Source of the DNA: Macrostomum lignano
Taxonomy: Eukaryota
Assembly: GCA_002269645.1 (NCBI GenBank)
Contig: NIVC01002291.1
Coordinates: forward strand, 202,333-266,332
Direction of reading: 5' to 3'
Length of the DNA stretch: 64,000 nucleotides
Shown: positions 36,335 to 49,487 of the stretch, one piece after another
Layout of the letters: the number at the start of each line of letters is the position of its first letter
Position numbering within the stretch: the stretch's first letter is position 1
Translations under genes and position numbers: made by a program
Notes under the pieces: generated by a model
Told to the model about the DNA's origin: nothing
The model's database searches: none
Seen by the model: the letters and a program-made list of their open reading frames with translations, nothing else

Positions 36335-37292
36335 AGGTAAGTGAGCTCCTGAGTTAGTTCGCGAGTGGGTTTATGGGTGAGTTCATAAGTGAGTTCATGA
36401 GTGAGTTCATGAGTGAGTTCATAAGTGAGTTCATAAGTGAGTTCATGTGTCAAGTCATGAGTGAGTTCATGAATAAAGTCATGAGTGAGTTCATGAGTGA
36501 GTTCATGAGTGAGTTCATGAGTCAAGTCATGAGTGAGTTTATGAGTGAGTTCATAAGTGATTTCATGTGTCAAGTCATGAGTGAGTTCATAAGTGAGTTC
36601 ATGTGTCAAGTCATGAGTGAGTTCATAAGTGAGTTCATGTGTCAAGTCATGAGTGAGTTCATAAGTGAGTTCATGTGTCAAGTCATGAGTGAGTTCATAA
36701 GTAAGTTCATGAGTCAAGTCATGAGTGAGTTAATAAGTGAGTTCATGTGTCAAGTCATGAGTGAGTTCATAAGTGAGTTCATGTGTCAAGTCATGAGTGA
36801 GTTCATGAATAAAGTCATGAGTGAGTTCATGAATAAAGTCATGAGTGAGTTCATGAGTGAGTTCATGAGTGAGTTCATGAGTCAAGTCATGAGTGAGTTT
36901 ATGAGTGAGTTCATAAGTGATTTCATGTGTCAAGTCATGAGTGAGTTCATGTGTCAAGTCATGAGTGAGTTCATAAGTGAGTTCATGTGTCAAGTCATGA
37001 GTGAGTTCATGAGTGAGTTCATGTGTCAAGTCATGAGTGAGTTCATAAGTGAGTTCATGTGTCAAGTCATGAGTGAGTTCATGAATAAAGTCATGAGTGA
37101 GTTCATGAGGGAGTTCATGAGTGAGTTCATGAGTGAGTTCATGTGTCAAGTTATGAGTGAGTTCATGAATAAAGTCATGAGTGAGTTCATGAGTGAGTTC
37201 ATGAGTGAGTTCATGAGTCAATTCATGAGTGAGTTCATGAGTCAAGTCATGAGTGAGTTCATGAGTCAAGTCATGAGTGAGCTCATGGGTGA
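36335..37292. repeat. 12-bp-based minisatellite (GAGTTCATGAGT and variants)
   Basis: Direct tandem repetition. Confidence 0.95.
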
Positions 37293-38501
37293 GCTCTATC
37301 AGTAGCAGAGCTGGCAGTCGCACCGTAACTCGCAGAGTTGGAGGATTAAGACCAATCAACTTCGGGGTCTCAGCTGCGCTGAGCCTAAAAACCGAAATCC
37401 CCTTAGAAAAAATGAGATATAAAATGATCGAGTTCAATAATGGAGGCTCATGACCCGCAGGAGCAGCAGTCATTCCTATCTGCTGTCCTAAAGGAGCGTA
37501 AAAAAAGCAACACAGAAGCCCCTCCTGCAGGCTTCATGACAACAAAATATTGCTAAGTCGCATATGCGGAAAATTTGGGCAAGAATTATTAGAGCGAAAT
37601 CCCATTGAGAGGATCAGATTTAGGGGAAGACTAGTATGGCTTTAGCGGGGCGCCCACCCACCTCCTCCCAGCCCAGCTGCAACTCATAACTCCCTGTGGA
37701 GCTCTCGGCGGGGGGTCATAAAAACCGGGACAGTTTCTCAACCGCATCATCCGACTGCGGGCTTCGTTTTGTCTTATCGGATCTCGTGGCCTATAAATAC
37801 GGTGAAAACTTTTTCCAAGCTCACTGAATTGGAATGACGGTCGGATTGATAATAATAATTTATGTCCACCATTTATGTTTATTACCAAGCTCATGGACTG
37901 TGATGCAACGATTCAATTTTGCTCGGTTGATTTTAATTCAGTATGTGGCTAATATGGGTCTAATATGGTTGTATTATGAGGCTAATACACTACTCAGGTA
38001 TTAAATGCCTTCTGTGCAAAATTCTGTGCAAAATCTATTGAAGGTTAGGCCTCATAAATATGATTTCATGTAATAATATTTTATATTTAACAATATAGCG
38101 GCAGTCTAATTTATAGTATATCTTAACCCACTTCTAAGTATGACAAATACTTATCTATATATCGCAATGGAATGGGAGTCTCCGCTCCCTCTCCCTCTCG
38201 GCTTATGAGCACCAGCGGCTTAGGGGGACAAGGGAGAGGAAATGACTTTTGCGAGCTTAGAGATTGCAGCGAAGGGGCTTCTAAGGGGGCAACAGTTTTA
38301 AGGGGACCGGAGTGAATTCTGAAGAGGCCCGATGGGTTGTGTGTGGGTGTGGGGTTGGTGCAGAGGCTGGGAGGACCAGAAAAAAGTGGGAAAATTGAAT
38401 TCTTTTCTCTTTCTGGGCTACAGACTTTCTCCCCTGGCTACTTGGGTTTTACTTCCCAATATCTAGAACGAAGGTCAAGGATGCGATTGCTTGGCCCCTG
38501 G

Positions 38502-38660
38502 CAGTGGCATAGCCAGGATTTTCAATTGGGGAGCGTATTTTGGGGCGGCAGCACCAAGGGGCGCCAGCACCAAGGGGCGCCAGCACCAAGGGGCGCCAGC
38601 ACCAAGGGGCGCCAGCACCAAGGGGCGCCAGCACCAAGGGGCGCCAGCACCAAGGTGCCC
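38502..38660 (+). mobile_element. Possible hAT-like left end followed by a 16-bp array (CAGCACCAAGGGGCGC)
   Basis: Starts CAGTGGCATAGCCAGGATTTT. No matching right TIR or TSD was found. Confidence 0.35.
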
Positions 38661-40305
38661 CCTAGGCTAATTCATAATTTTGTCTATATGAGCTACTGCG
38701 GTCCGTATATTGTATGAAGTGCAGGAATTCACTAGGAATGGAAGACTCAGTCAGTATGCAGCTAAGTGAGCACTCAGTCAGTAACAGTAGCAGAAAGAAA
38801 TTGCTCAGACAAGGCAAACCTCTCTCTCCCAATGCATAAAACAAGCATTAGCAATAGCCATAAAAGTGTTTTTGTTTAAATGGAGAGTTGTATAAAAGAC
38901 ACGCACTGGGCGGGGGTAGAGCTCATGTCGACTTGAAATACCAGCTGCAATCCTCAGATCCTCAGATAGTGAAGGAAGCAAAGCGCTTGCTATAATATGG
39001 AGACAGTGGAAAACAAACATTTTTTGTCGTCAATCATTAAAATCCCGCGTTTAAGACTAGCTAACAGTGGAATAGCGGTTTCCATACTTGGTAATACTTG
39101 TAGAGAGGAATCGACGAAAACTTTGGCGGATAAAAAAAATATGTTTTTTTGAAGAGGTTTGCAAGAGCGTTAGTGATGAGCAAACAGTGCTACGAGTCCA
39201 GTGTCCGCTGCTCCCAATACTATAGTAGTCGATCTCCGCTCTCTGTCTCAGGCACTAGAGCTTAACTACAAGGGCTCTTCAGCGCTCAGACTTCCACTTC
39301 TTCATTGGAACAATTTAAAACGGCGCGGCATTGACCGACGAGTTGCGAGTTTCGCTGAGGGGCGGGAACTGTTGCGGCTTGCATTCTATTCTAAACTACT
39401 CATGTTTTACACGAGTCCCGATTGGCGCATGTTTTCCACTATAATGCTACGGGCGGCGGCAGCAATCGAAAAGAGAGAGAGAGAGGGGGAGAGGGCGGAG
39501 AGCAGGGGTTCAGGAGAGTGGGAGAATTCTCACTAGGGGGCGCGATCCCTTCACCTACAGCACCCCCCCCCCCGATACCCCTCTGCCGGCTGGAAGCTTG
39601 AGCACAGCAGCTGCTGCCGCTGTGTTTGAGAAGAAGACTGGAGGGTCGGCTAGGGCGGAACTGCTGACACAGAGCTGAGCAAGTTTTATTGCGCAGCATT
39701 TTGGTAAACTCGCAGTAGTCAGCTGCTTAAAAACTCGCTGATTTCTCTACTGTCTTCCCTCAGCTGCGACTCCTGAGCCTCCCCCCGAGCAGCTCTTCAA
39801 AGTTTTTATCGCAGGGGTAGGAGGGGAGAATTGGGAGAGGCGGTTCGCGCGCCAATCTCAATGATATGTTTGTCTTTAATTTCAGTCGGGAAATATTCAA
39901 ATTCTAATAGTGAGCTTGGGAGGTCGGAAAGGGGGTCGAGTCCCAAGGCCAAACTAGACTATAAGGGGTGGCCGATGCGGCCTCTGTTTACCCAGTTTGA
40001 AGAGGCCAAAGCACAGGGAAGAGACACTGCAATGGGTTGCTTTGCTGGGCTAAACCACTTTTTGTGTTTTTTTTTCCCAAAACTGCCTTTCCATGTGGGT
40101 TCCTTGTGCTGTGGGAAAAGTTTACACCGAGCACTGGCTGAGCAAGCAGAGGGAAGCGGTGCGTTTATTTAACGGAGAGAAAATGGACAAGAGGTTGGTC
40201 ATGATTTTACCAGTATGTACTCGAGAATGGGCACCGCCAGAGTCATTTTATCACATTCTCGGACACCCTGTCTATAGTGCGATCAATGACTAGCCACATA
40301 ATATT

Positions 40306-40541
40306 GACCTCACTCCGAAATGTACACTGACAAAAGCAATTGTGTCTATCATCAGCCTTCCTCTCTAACCCATTAGCGCCCACCTCACTCCGCAATGTAC
40401 ACTGACAAAAGCAATTGTGTCTATCATCAGCCTTCCTCTCTAACCCAGCTGCGCCCACCTCACTCCGCAATGTACACTGACAAAAGCAATTGCGTCTATC
40501 ATCAGCCTTCCTCTCTAACCCATTGGCGCCCACCTCACTCC
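40306..40541. repeat. 75-bp tandem repeat, about 3 copies, upstream of the protocadherin
   Basis: CACTCCGCAATGTACACTGACAAAAGCAATTG... recurs with period 75. Confidence 0.9.
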
Positions 40542-40693
40542 ACTATTGATCCGATTTAGATGTTTTAGGAGCCCTCCCCGAAGGGGGCGCAAATGACTAG
40601 TCCACATATACTAAATATTTAGCCTATGCAAAGCGTAGCACACAGTCACCTTCTCTGCTTCAATTGCATTGCAGGCAACAGTAAGTGCAGCAA

Positions 40694-42854
40694 ATGTCGT
40701 TGCTGCTGCCGCTCCTGGCGGGACTGTTCCTGACGCCGAGCCTCACAGTTCTCACCTCGGCCGTACTGCTGCAAGAGACACTAAGCTTCGATGAGAAACA
40801 GCCGCCCAGCACTCTGGTTGGCAGCCTGCGCCCGCCATTGAGGCGCTACCTCACCGACTCCGAATTGGCAAACGTCTCCCTGACGCGCCTGTCTGCCAAC
40901 CAGCCGGGTGCGAGCCTCTTCGACATCCGGCAGGATGGCGGAGTGTATACCGGCCGTCTGACGCTCGATCGAGACCGGCTGTGCAACACGGACGGCCTCT
41001 GCTGCGAACCCGACATGCGACAGCTGGGCGACCTGGCCGTGTGCGAGTTCAAGCAGCTGGTGGTGGCTACGCACAGCGCTGGCTCACCGGTTACTCTGGA
41101 GCTGACTCTACAGCTCAGAGATCTCAACGATCATTCGCCGGCATTCTCTGCCGATAAGTACGTAGTGCACTTCCGCGAAACTGACCAGATAGATCAACTG
41201 GTGCTGCTCCGTTGGCTATTGACGCTGACTGGGGTAGAAACGGCATCGTGAGCTACCGGCTGCGAGAGCCAAGCGACTTCTTCAAGCTGCAGGAGGTGCG
41301 AAAAGGCGACAAGATCACCGAGCTGCGGCTGCTGAACCGGCAGCCGCTAGACCGCGAGTCCAGCGCGTGGCACAGCCTGCACCTAGTGGCCGAGGACGGC
41401 GGCAGGAAGTCCGGTGCCACATTAATCAATGTCACGATTGATGATGTGAACGATTGCAGCCCGGAGTTTGTTAACGGTAGCCAGGTGTCTGTCGACGTGC
41501 CCGAAGACAAGCGCGAACGCTCCGTGGTGGCCAGCGTTCTGGCTACGGACAAGGACGAAGGACAGAACGGCCGGGTGAGCTACAGGCTGCGCCAGGGCCA
41601 GTCGGGGCAGCCCTCAGCGCCACTTTTCGGAGTCGACGCCCACAGCGGTCGCATTTGGCTCTACCGGCCACTCACCTTCTGGCCCCAGCGGCCGGCGAGC
41701 AACTGGCACGACCTCACCGTGGTGGCGTTCGACCACGGCTCGCCAAGTCGGTCAGCCGAGATCACCGTCCGCATTCGCGTGCTGGACGTCAACAACCACG
41801 CGCCAAGCATCAACGTGCAGAGCCTCCTTGCCGGGCCGGCGGGAGCCGCTGCCTCGACTGATCCGATTGTCCACGTGCTGGAGAATCAGCAGTATGGTGC
41901 TCAGCGACCCATAGCTTCGTTGCACTCGCAAGATCAGGACGACGCTGAGAATGGCCGAGTCCGGTGCGACCTGAAGTCGGGCGCGGACATGTTCGGCCTG
42001 CAGCTCATCAGCCAGATGAAAACTGGCGACTGCATCTACCATCTACTGGCGCTGCAGACCTTTGACAGAGAAGCCGTGGCGCGTCACACTGTCACAGTGC
42101 GGTGCTCCGACCAGGGGCAGCCGGCGCAGCACCGCGAGTTAGTCATCCGTGTTGAGGTCGACGACGTGAATGACTCACCGCCGGTGTGGCCGAGCTCCGC
42201 ACCGATGTCGCTAGCCGTTCTGGAGAATCAGCCGACTGGGGCGCCGCTCGGCTTCGCCCGCGCCGAAGACGCCGACGTTGGGCCGAACGCGGTCATCGAG
42301 TACCGCCTGGAGCCGCCGGAGATCCTGGCGGACCTGGCCATCGACCCTGCGAGCGGCCAGCTGACCACCGCTCGGTCCTTCGATCGAGAGACGCAGGCCA
42401 GCCTGTCGTTCCGCGTCGTGGCGGTCAATCCAGCTCCGCCCGGGTTCTCTGCCACCGCGGAGGCGAGCCTCCGGATTCTGGACGAGAACGACAACCAGCC
42501 GATTGTGACTGAGGACACGCCTAGGACGGTCACAGTGTCGGAGGGCGCCCCGGTCGGCACGGTGGTCACCCGGATCAACGCTACGGACGCAGACGAAGGT
42601 CCGCAACGTTTTCGATTCACAATCAAGAGTGGCGGCGGCGGGAAATTTGTCGTCCGCAACAACGGCGAGATCGCACTGTCGGGCCAGCTGGACCGGGAGC
42701 TCACCGCTGAGCACCAGCTGCTCATTGGGGTGGCCGACTCTGGCGTGCCCAGCCAGCGGACCGAGTTCCGTCTCAACGTGCTGGTCGGGACATTAACGAC
42801 TCGCCGCCAAGATTTGTCTTCCCGCCGGCTGAGAGGCCTGGCCCGCCACATCAG
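40694..42854 (+). CDS. Protocadherin-like exon 1 (signal peptide, EC1-EC6) with two single-base frameshifts
   Basis: Signal peptide MSLLLPLLAGLFL. Cadherin motifs DLNDHSPAF, LDRE, DVNDCSPEF, DVNNHAPSI, FDRE, DVNDSPPVW and DENDNQP. Restoring one C at about 41210 and one G at about 42789 gives LPLAIDAD and GDINDSPPRF and a phase-0 CAG|GTGAGA donor. Confidence 0.88.
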
Positions 42855-43032
42855 GTGAGAGGCAGCTGGGAGATAGTAGTGGCGGGGAAGCTGACTTCAT
42901 GACAGTTTCATTCAGAAAAAATTTACGATGTCACGATGATGTCACGATTATAATTCCGTCAAATGCTGTCACGATGCTTCCAGGAAACTTTTGTACAAGC
43001 ATTTTTGTACCGCTCCACCCCAACCTGCGCAG

Positions 43033-43672
43033 GTGAACATCTCAATCAACCAGATTCCCGGCAATCCTGTCGCCACCATCATCGCACACGACGACGACAC
43101 GGGACAGAACGGCAACGTCACCTACCGGCTGCTACGGTCGGTTTCTGGCAGCGCGCCCGCGCCTGCCTCTTCGTCGGGTTCAGCTGCCGGCGCCGAGACG
43201 CCGACTGACTTCGCCGACTATTTCAACCTGGAGCCGCTGACCGGCAGGCTGCTTCTGCGGCGACGCCTCCAAGGCGTCCCCGCTGCCGACGGCTGCCTCG
43301 GCGGCGGGTCCGGCCGCCTGCTGCGGTTGGAAGCGTCCGACCAAGGACAGCCGTCTCTGAAGCGGGTGACTCAGCTACGAATCTGCGCCGTCAATGACGT
43401 TAGCGACGGAGGCGGAGGTGCCGGCGGTGGCAACGGCAGCCCGCCATCGTCGTCCGGGCAGGACGGGCGCACGTGGCCTGGCGCCGGCGGCAGCGGCGGA
43501 AACGGCGGAGTTTTTAACGGCGGCGATTTGTCTAGCGCGATCGTGCTGCTGACTGCCGGCCTGGCCATTCTCGTGCTGCTGGCACTCATCCTGTCCGTGG
43601 TGTTCCTCATTGTGAGGCGGCGGGCCGAGGGGTCCTCTGCTGCCGGCGGCGCGTCTGCTGGAGTGGGGCGGG
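43033..43672 (+). CDS. Protocadherin-like exon 2 (EC7 and transmembrane helix)
   Basis: gcgcAG|GTG acceptor. AHDDDTGQNGNVTY; hydrophobic AIVLLTAGLAILVLLALILSVVFLIV followed by RRR. G|GTGAGT donor, phase 1. Confidence 0.88.
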
Positions 43673-43925
43673 GTGAGTGAGAATAGGGTGGGGTGAGTGA
43701 GAATAGGGTGGGGTGAGTGAGAATAGGGTGGGGTGAGTGAGAGTAGGGTGGGGTGAGTGAGAATAGGGTGGGGTGAGTGAGAGTAGGGTGGGGTGAGTGA
43801 GAATAGGGTGGGGTAGGTGATAAGAGGAGGGGTAAGTGAGGCAGGGATTAAGGGTGAGTGAGGCAGGGATTAAAGGTGAGTGAGGCAGGGATTAAGGGTG
43901 AGTGAGGCAGGGACTCAGGGTGAGG
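43673..43925. repeat. 20-22-bp G-rich repeat whose unit starts with the donor GTGAGT
   Basis: GTGAGTGAGAATAGGGTGGG x7 with period 20, followed by degenerate units. Confidence 0.9.
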
Positions 43926-44564
43926 AGGCTGGGATGAGGCACACTGAAGCGGTTAGGCTGAAGACTGCCTGGGTTATGACGCAACGCGGGCCACTCCAAG
44001 GCCAAGAATGAAGTGTGCATTCAGCTTAGCATAGAGTGGGGCTTTTACGTGCCAAAAGAAATAAAAAGGATCCGTCAAGTAAAACGATGCGGACAGGAGC
44101 CGGGGGGCTGAGCAGAGCAGGCAGATAATGAAGGCGCGGAGGACTCAACGGAAACTCAAAGGACTGAAATCGGAAATGTTTGCCAAGAGGCCTGGAATGG
44201 AGACTACCCCAACCGGCCCAGCTGGGCTCGGGGCGTGAAACTCTCGGCAGTCATCATGTCGGAATGCCGAGTCCAGCGCCCGCGATCAGAAGAAGCTCGC
44301 GATTTTCGAGGCCCCTCTCAAGTGGACCGACTGAGCTGGGTGGGATTTTGGCACCGCGGGGAGCAGAGTAGGGGGTGTTGAGGTGATTGAGAATGGCCTG
44401 GTTAGGCTCCCCGGGCTGTCAGTTTATTTAGTTGAACGAACAAGGGAAGACACAACTTCCTGTTCGTGGGGGGGGGGGGCTGTTCGGCTGATTGAAGTTC
44501 AACTAGACTCACGTTTGGGAGCAAGCTTTTTTATCCGATTTTTGTAACTCGCTAACTGAGGCTT

Positions 44565-47085
44565 TGGGGGCGCTAGTAGGAGCGCTAGCAGAGACAATGA
44601 GAGGAGCGCTAGCAGAGACAATGAGAGGGGCGCTAGCAGGGGCGCTGAGAGGGGCGCTAGCAGGGACAATGAGAGGGGCGCTAGCAGGGGCGCTGAGAGG
44701 GGCGCTAGCAGGGAAAATGAGAGGGGCGCTAGCAGAGACAATGAGAGGGGCGTTAGCAGGGGCGCTGAGAGGGGCGCTAGCAGGGGCGCTGAGAGGGGCG
44801 CTAGCAGGGACAATGAGAGGGGCGCTAGCAGGGGCGCTGAGAGGGGCGCTAGCAGAGACAATGAGAGGGGCGCTAGCAGGGGCGCTGAGAGGGGCGCTAG
44901 CAGGGACAATGAGAGGGGCGCTAGCAGGGGCGCTGAGAGGGGCGCTAGCAGGGGCGCTAGAGGGGCGCTAGCAGGGGCGCTGAGAGGGGCGCTAGCAGGG
45001 ACAATGAGAGGGGCGCTAGCAGAGACAATGAGAGGGGCGCTAGCAGAGACAATGAGAGGGGCGCTAGCAGGGGCGCTGAGAGGGGCGCTAGCAGGGGCAC
45101 TGAGAGGGACGCTAGCAGAGACAATGAGAGGGGCGCTAGCAGGGACAATGAGATGGGGGCTAGCAGGGACAATGAGAGGGGCGCTAGCAGGGGCGCTGAG
45201 AGGGGCGCTAGCAGGGACAATGAGAGGGGCGCTCGCAGAGACAATGAGAGGGCGCTAGCAGGGGCGCTGAGAGGGGCGCTAGCAGAGACAATGAGAGGGA
45301 CGCTAGCAGAGACAATGAGAGGGGCGCTAGCAGGGACAATGAGAGGGGCGCTAGTAGGGACAATGAGAGGGGCGCTAGCAGGGACAATGAGAGGGGCGCT
45401 AGCAGGGACAATGACAGGGGCGCTAGCAGGGACAATGAGAGGGGCGCTAGCAGGGACAATGAGAGGGGCGCTAGCAGGGACAATGAGAGGGGCGCTAGCA
45501 GGGACAATGAGAGGGGCGCTAGCAGGGGCGCTGAGAGGGGCGCTAGCAGGGACAATGAGAGGGGCGCTAGCAGGGACAATGAGAGGGGCGCTAGCAGGGG
45601 CGCTGAGAGGGGCGCTAGCAGGGGCGCTGAGAGGGGCGCTAGCAGGGACAATGAGAGGGGCGCTAGCAGAGACAATGAGAGGGGCGCTAGCAGGGACAAT
45701 GAGAGGGGCGCTAGTAGGGACAATGAGAGGGGCGCTAGCAGGGACAATGAGAGGGGCGCTAGCAGGGACAATGAGAGGGGCGCTAGCAGGGACAATGAGA
45801 GGGGCGCTAGCAGGGACAATGAGAGGGGCGCTAGCAGGGACAATGAGAGGGGCGCTAGCAGGGACAATGAGAGGGGCGCTAGCAGGGGCGCTGAGAGGGG
45901 CGCTAGCAGAGACAATGAGAGGGGCGCTAGCAGGGACAATGAGAGGGGCGCTAGCAGGGGCGCTGAGAGGGGCGCTAGCAGGGGCGCTGAGAGGGGCGCT
46001 AGCAGGGACAATGAGAGGGGCGCTAGCAGAGACAATGAGAGGGGCGCTAGCAGGGACAATGAGAGGGGCGCTAGTAGGGACAATGAGAGGGGCGCTAGCA
46101 GGGACAATGAGAGGGGCGCTAGCAGGGACAATGACAGGGGCGCTAGCAGGGACAATGAGAGGGGCGCTAGCAGGGACAATGAGAGGGGCGCTAGCAGGGA
46201 CAATGAGAGGGGCGCTAGCAGGGACAATGAGAGGGGCGCTAGCAGGGGCGCTGAGAGGGGCGCTAGCAGGGACAATGAGAGGGGCGCTAGCAGGGACAAT
46301 GAGAGGGGCGCTAGCAGGGGCGCTGAGAGGGGCGCTAGCAGGGGCGCTGAGAGGGGCGCTAGCAGGGACAATGAGAGGGGCGCTAGCAGAGACAATGAGA
46401 GGGGCGCTAGCAGGGACAATGAGAGGGGCGCTAGTAGGGACAATGAGAGGGGCGCTAGCAGGGACAATGAGAGGGGCGCTAGCAGGGACAATGAGAGGGG
46501 CGCTAGCAGGGACAATGAGAGGGGCGCTAGCAGGGACAATGAGAGGGGCGCTAGCAGGGACAATGAGAGGGGCGCTAGCAGGGACAATGAGAGGGGCGCT
46601 AGCAGGGGCGCTGAGAGGGGCGCTAGCAGAGACAATGAGAGGGGCGCTAGCAGGGACAATGAGAGGGGCGCTAGCAGGGGCGCTGAGAGGGGCGCTAGCA
46701 GGGGCGCTGAGAGGGGCGCTAGCAGGGACAATGAGAGGGGCGCTAGCAGAGACAATGAGAGGGGCGCTAGCAGGGACAATGAGAGGGGCGCTAGCAGGGA
46801 CAATGAGAGGGGCGCTAGCAGGGACAATGAGAGGGGCGCTAGCAGGGACAATGAGAGGGGCGCTAGCAGGGACAATGAGAGGGGCGCTAGCAGGGACAAT
46901 GAGAGAGGCGCTAGCAGGGACAATGAGAGGGGCGCTAGCAGGGACAATGAGAGGGGCGCTAGCAGGGACAATGAGAGAGGCGCTAGCAGGGACAATGAGA
47001 GTGGCGCTAGCAGGGACAATGAGAGGGGCGCTAGCAGAGACAATGAGGTGGGCGCTAGCAGGGGCGCTGAGAGGGGCGCTAAGAA
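44565..47085. repeat. 24-bp minisatellite (GAGAGGGGCGCTAGCAGGGACAAT) with higher-order structure
   Basis: Direct tandem repetition; explains the MRGALAGT and LLAPLSLS ORFs. Confidence 0.95.
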
Positions 47086-48030
47086 CATGAGCTTCAGTAG
47101 AGGCACTGATTGAAATAAAAAATCAGAGATCAAACCGAGATTCCACAGCAGCGTCCTCCGAAAAAAAGGATTCAAAGTTGTGCCTTGACATGCGTGCCTC
47201 GATTCCCTCGTTTCGCTTCTCTTATTGTTCTCATTTATCGCTGGATCTAGTCCCAAACTCGTATCATCAGTAGTCTGATTTTTCATAGCTTCTCTCTGAG
47301 TGAAAGCCTGGGTGAAATCGCATTTCTCAATCCAAGTAAATCTGTCTGATCAGTGCAGTTCAGGTTACCCTTGCGTGCGCAATATCATCTTACTCGCTGG
47401 GCCTTTTCCCTCAGCCCCCTCTCTCTCCCGTATTATCCTGTTGCGCAAGATGCCAATACTGATAGGGGATCAGCAGCGGCAGATCCATGGGAATAGCTTT
47501 GCCTTTGTCTCGCGGAGGCAGATGAGGAAGGCGTGTGTAGCTGTTAACTCAATCAGCCAGTTGAAATGCCACACTTATATACTCACTAGGGCCTGCAGGC
47601 CTGCTTTCTCATTAATTCAATTCATCCCTCTAATCCGTTCTGCTCTTCCTTTTATCCAACCCCTCCCGATGCCCCCATCCCAAGGATAAAACAAGCCTTA
47701 CTAGTCAAACTAGGATAAAATATTAGCCCTGCCCACCTGCCACTTCCTTCATCGCGAATTGCAAATATTCGTCGTTACTGAATCCTGAGACAGCTTTGAG
47801 TCGAAAAATTAATTAACTCACTAGGCGAAAACCTGAGCTGCTCTCTTAGAAAAAACGACTAAAGAGAGAATTAGCCGCTTGACTGGACAAAATCTGATCA
47901 AAACTGCTCTTGTTCAGTTAATTCTTTGATAACTCTGCCGTTGGTTCTGGCACTGAATCAATTTTTTCTTTGAGGTGTGTTTTCAATTACTCAAGTAAAT
48001 TCTCCCTCACTGCATTCTGCCTCATGCCAG

Positions 48031-48143
48031 ATGTCCAAGGATTATCCAGCAAGAACATCAGCCTGCCCAGCTACGATCCGGTACTGAAGGTCTCTGGAGA
48101 CAACGCCCTGAGCAGCCTGCACGGATATCCGGCTCAGTCAATG
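48031..48143 (+). CDS. Probable protocadherin cytoplasmic exon 3
   Basis: tgccAG| acceptor, phase compatible with the donor at 43672; ATG|GTTAGC donor. Supported by splice phase and composition only. Confidence 0.55.
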
Positions 48144-48204
48144 GTTAGCGTTTGTGAAATTTGCCATGAGACTCGCGGTCTAGGGATACCTCAGTCTTCA
48201 AAGA

Positions 48205-49420
48205 AACCTCACTCCGTAAAGACCTCTTACTCTGCAAAGACACCTCACTCTGCAAAGACAACTCACTCTGTAAAGAAACCTCATTCTGCAAAGACACCTC
48301 ACTCCACAAAGACACCTCACTCTGCAAAGACACCTCACTCTGCAAAGACACCTCACTCTGTAAAGAAACCTCACTCCGTAAAGACCTCTTACTCTGCAAA
48401 GACACATCACTCTGTAGAGTCACCTCACTCTGTAAAGACACCTCACTTTTCAAGGACACCTCACTCTGCAAAGACACCTCACTCTGCAAAGACACCTCAC
48501 TCTGCAAAGACACCTCACTCTGCAAAGACACCTCACTCCGAAAACACACCTCACTCTGCAAATACACCTCACTCTGCAAAGACATCTCACTCTGCAAATA
48601 CACCTCACTCTGCAAAGACACCTCACTCCGAAAATACACCTCACTCTGCAAAGACACCTCACTCTGCAAAGACACCTAACTCTGCAAAGGCACCTCACTC
48701 TGCAAAGGCACCTCACTCTACAAAGACATCTCACTCTGCAAAGACACCTCACTCTGTAAAGACACCTCACTTTGTTAAGACACATCACTCTGTAAAGACA
48801 CCTCACTCTGCAAAGACACCTCACTCTGCAAAGACACCCCACTCTGTAAAGACACCTCACTCCACAAAGACACCTCACTTTTCAAAGACACCTCACTTTT
48901 CAAAGACACCTCACTTTTCAAAGACACCTCACTTTTCAAAGACACATCACTCTGCAAAGACACATCACTCTGCAAAGACACATCACTCTGCAAAGACACC
49001 TCACTCCACAAAGACACATCACTCCACAAAGACACATCACTCTGCAAAGACACCTCACTCTGCAAAGACACCTCACTCCACAAAGACACATCACTCTGCA
49101 AAGACACCTCACTCCACAAAGACACATCACTCCACAAAGACACATCACTCTGCAAAGACACCTCACTCCACAAAGACACATCACTCCACAAAGACACATC
49201 ACTCTGCAAAGACACCTCACTCTGCAAAGACACCTCACTCCACAAAGACACATCACTCCACAAAGACACATCACTCTGCAAAGACACCTCACTCCACAAA
49301 GACACATCACTCCACAAAGACACATCACTCTGCAAAGACACCTCACTCTGCAAAGACACCTCACTCCACAAAGACACACCACTCTGCAAAGACACGACAC
49401 TTCATTAAAGACACCTCACA
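48205..49420. repeat. 18-bp minisatellite (CACCTCACTCTGCAAAGA)
   Basis: Direct tandem repetition, read as (KTPHSA)n. Confidence 0.95.
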
Positions 49421-49487
49421 TCGTAGACACCCCAAATCCGTTTTCGCAATTCCCCCTTCAGCTCTCTCTCTCTCTCAACCTTCGCAG

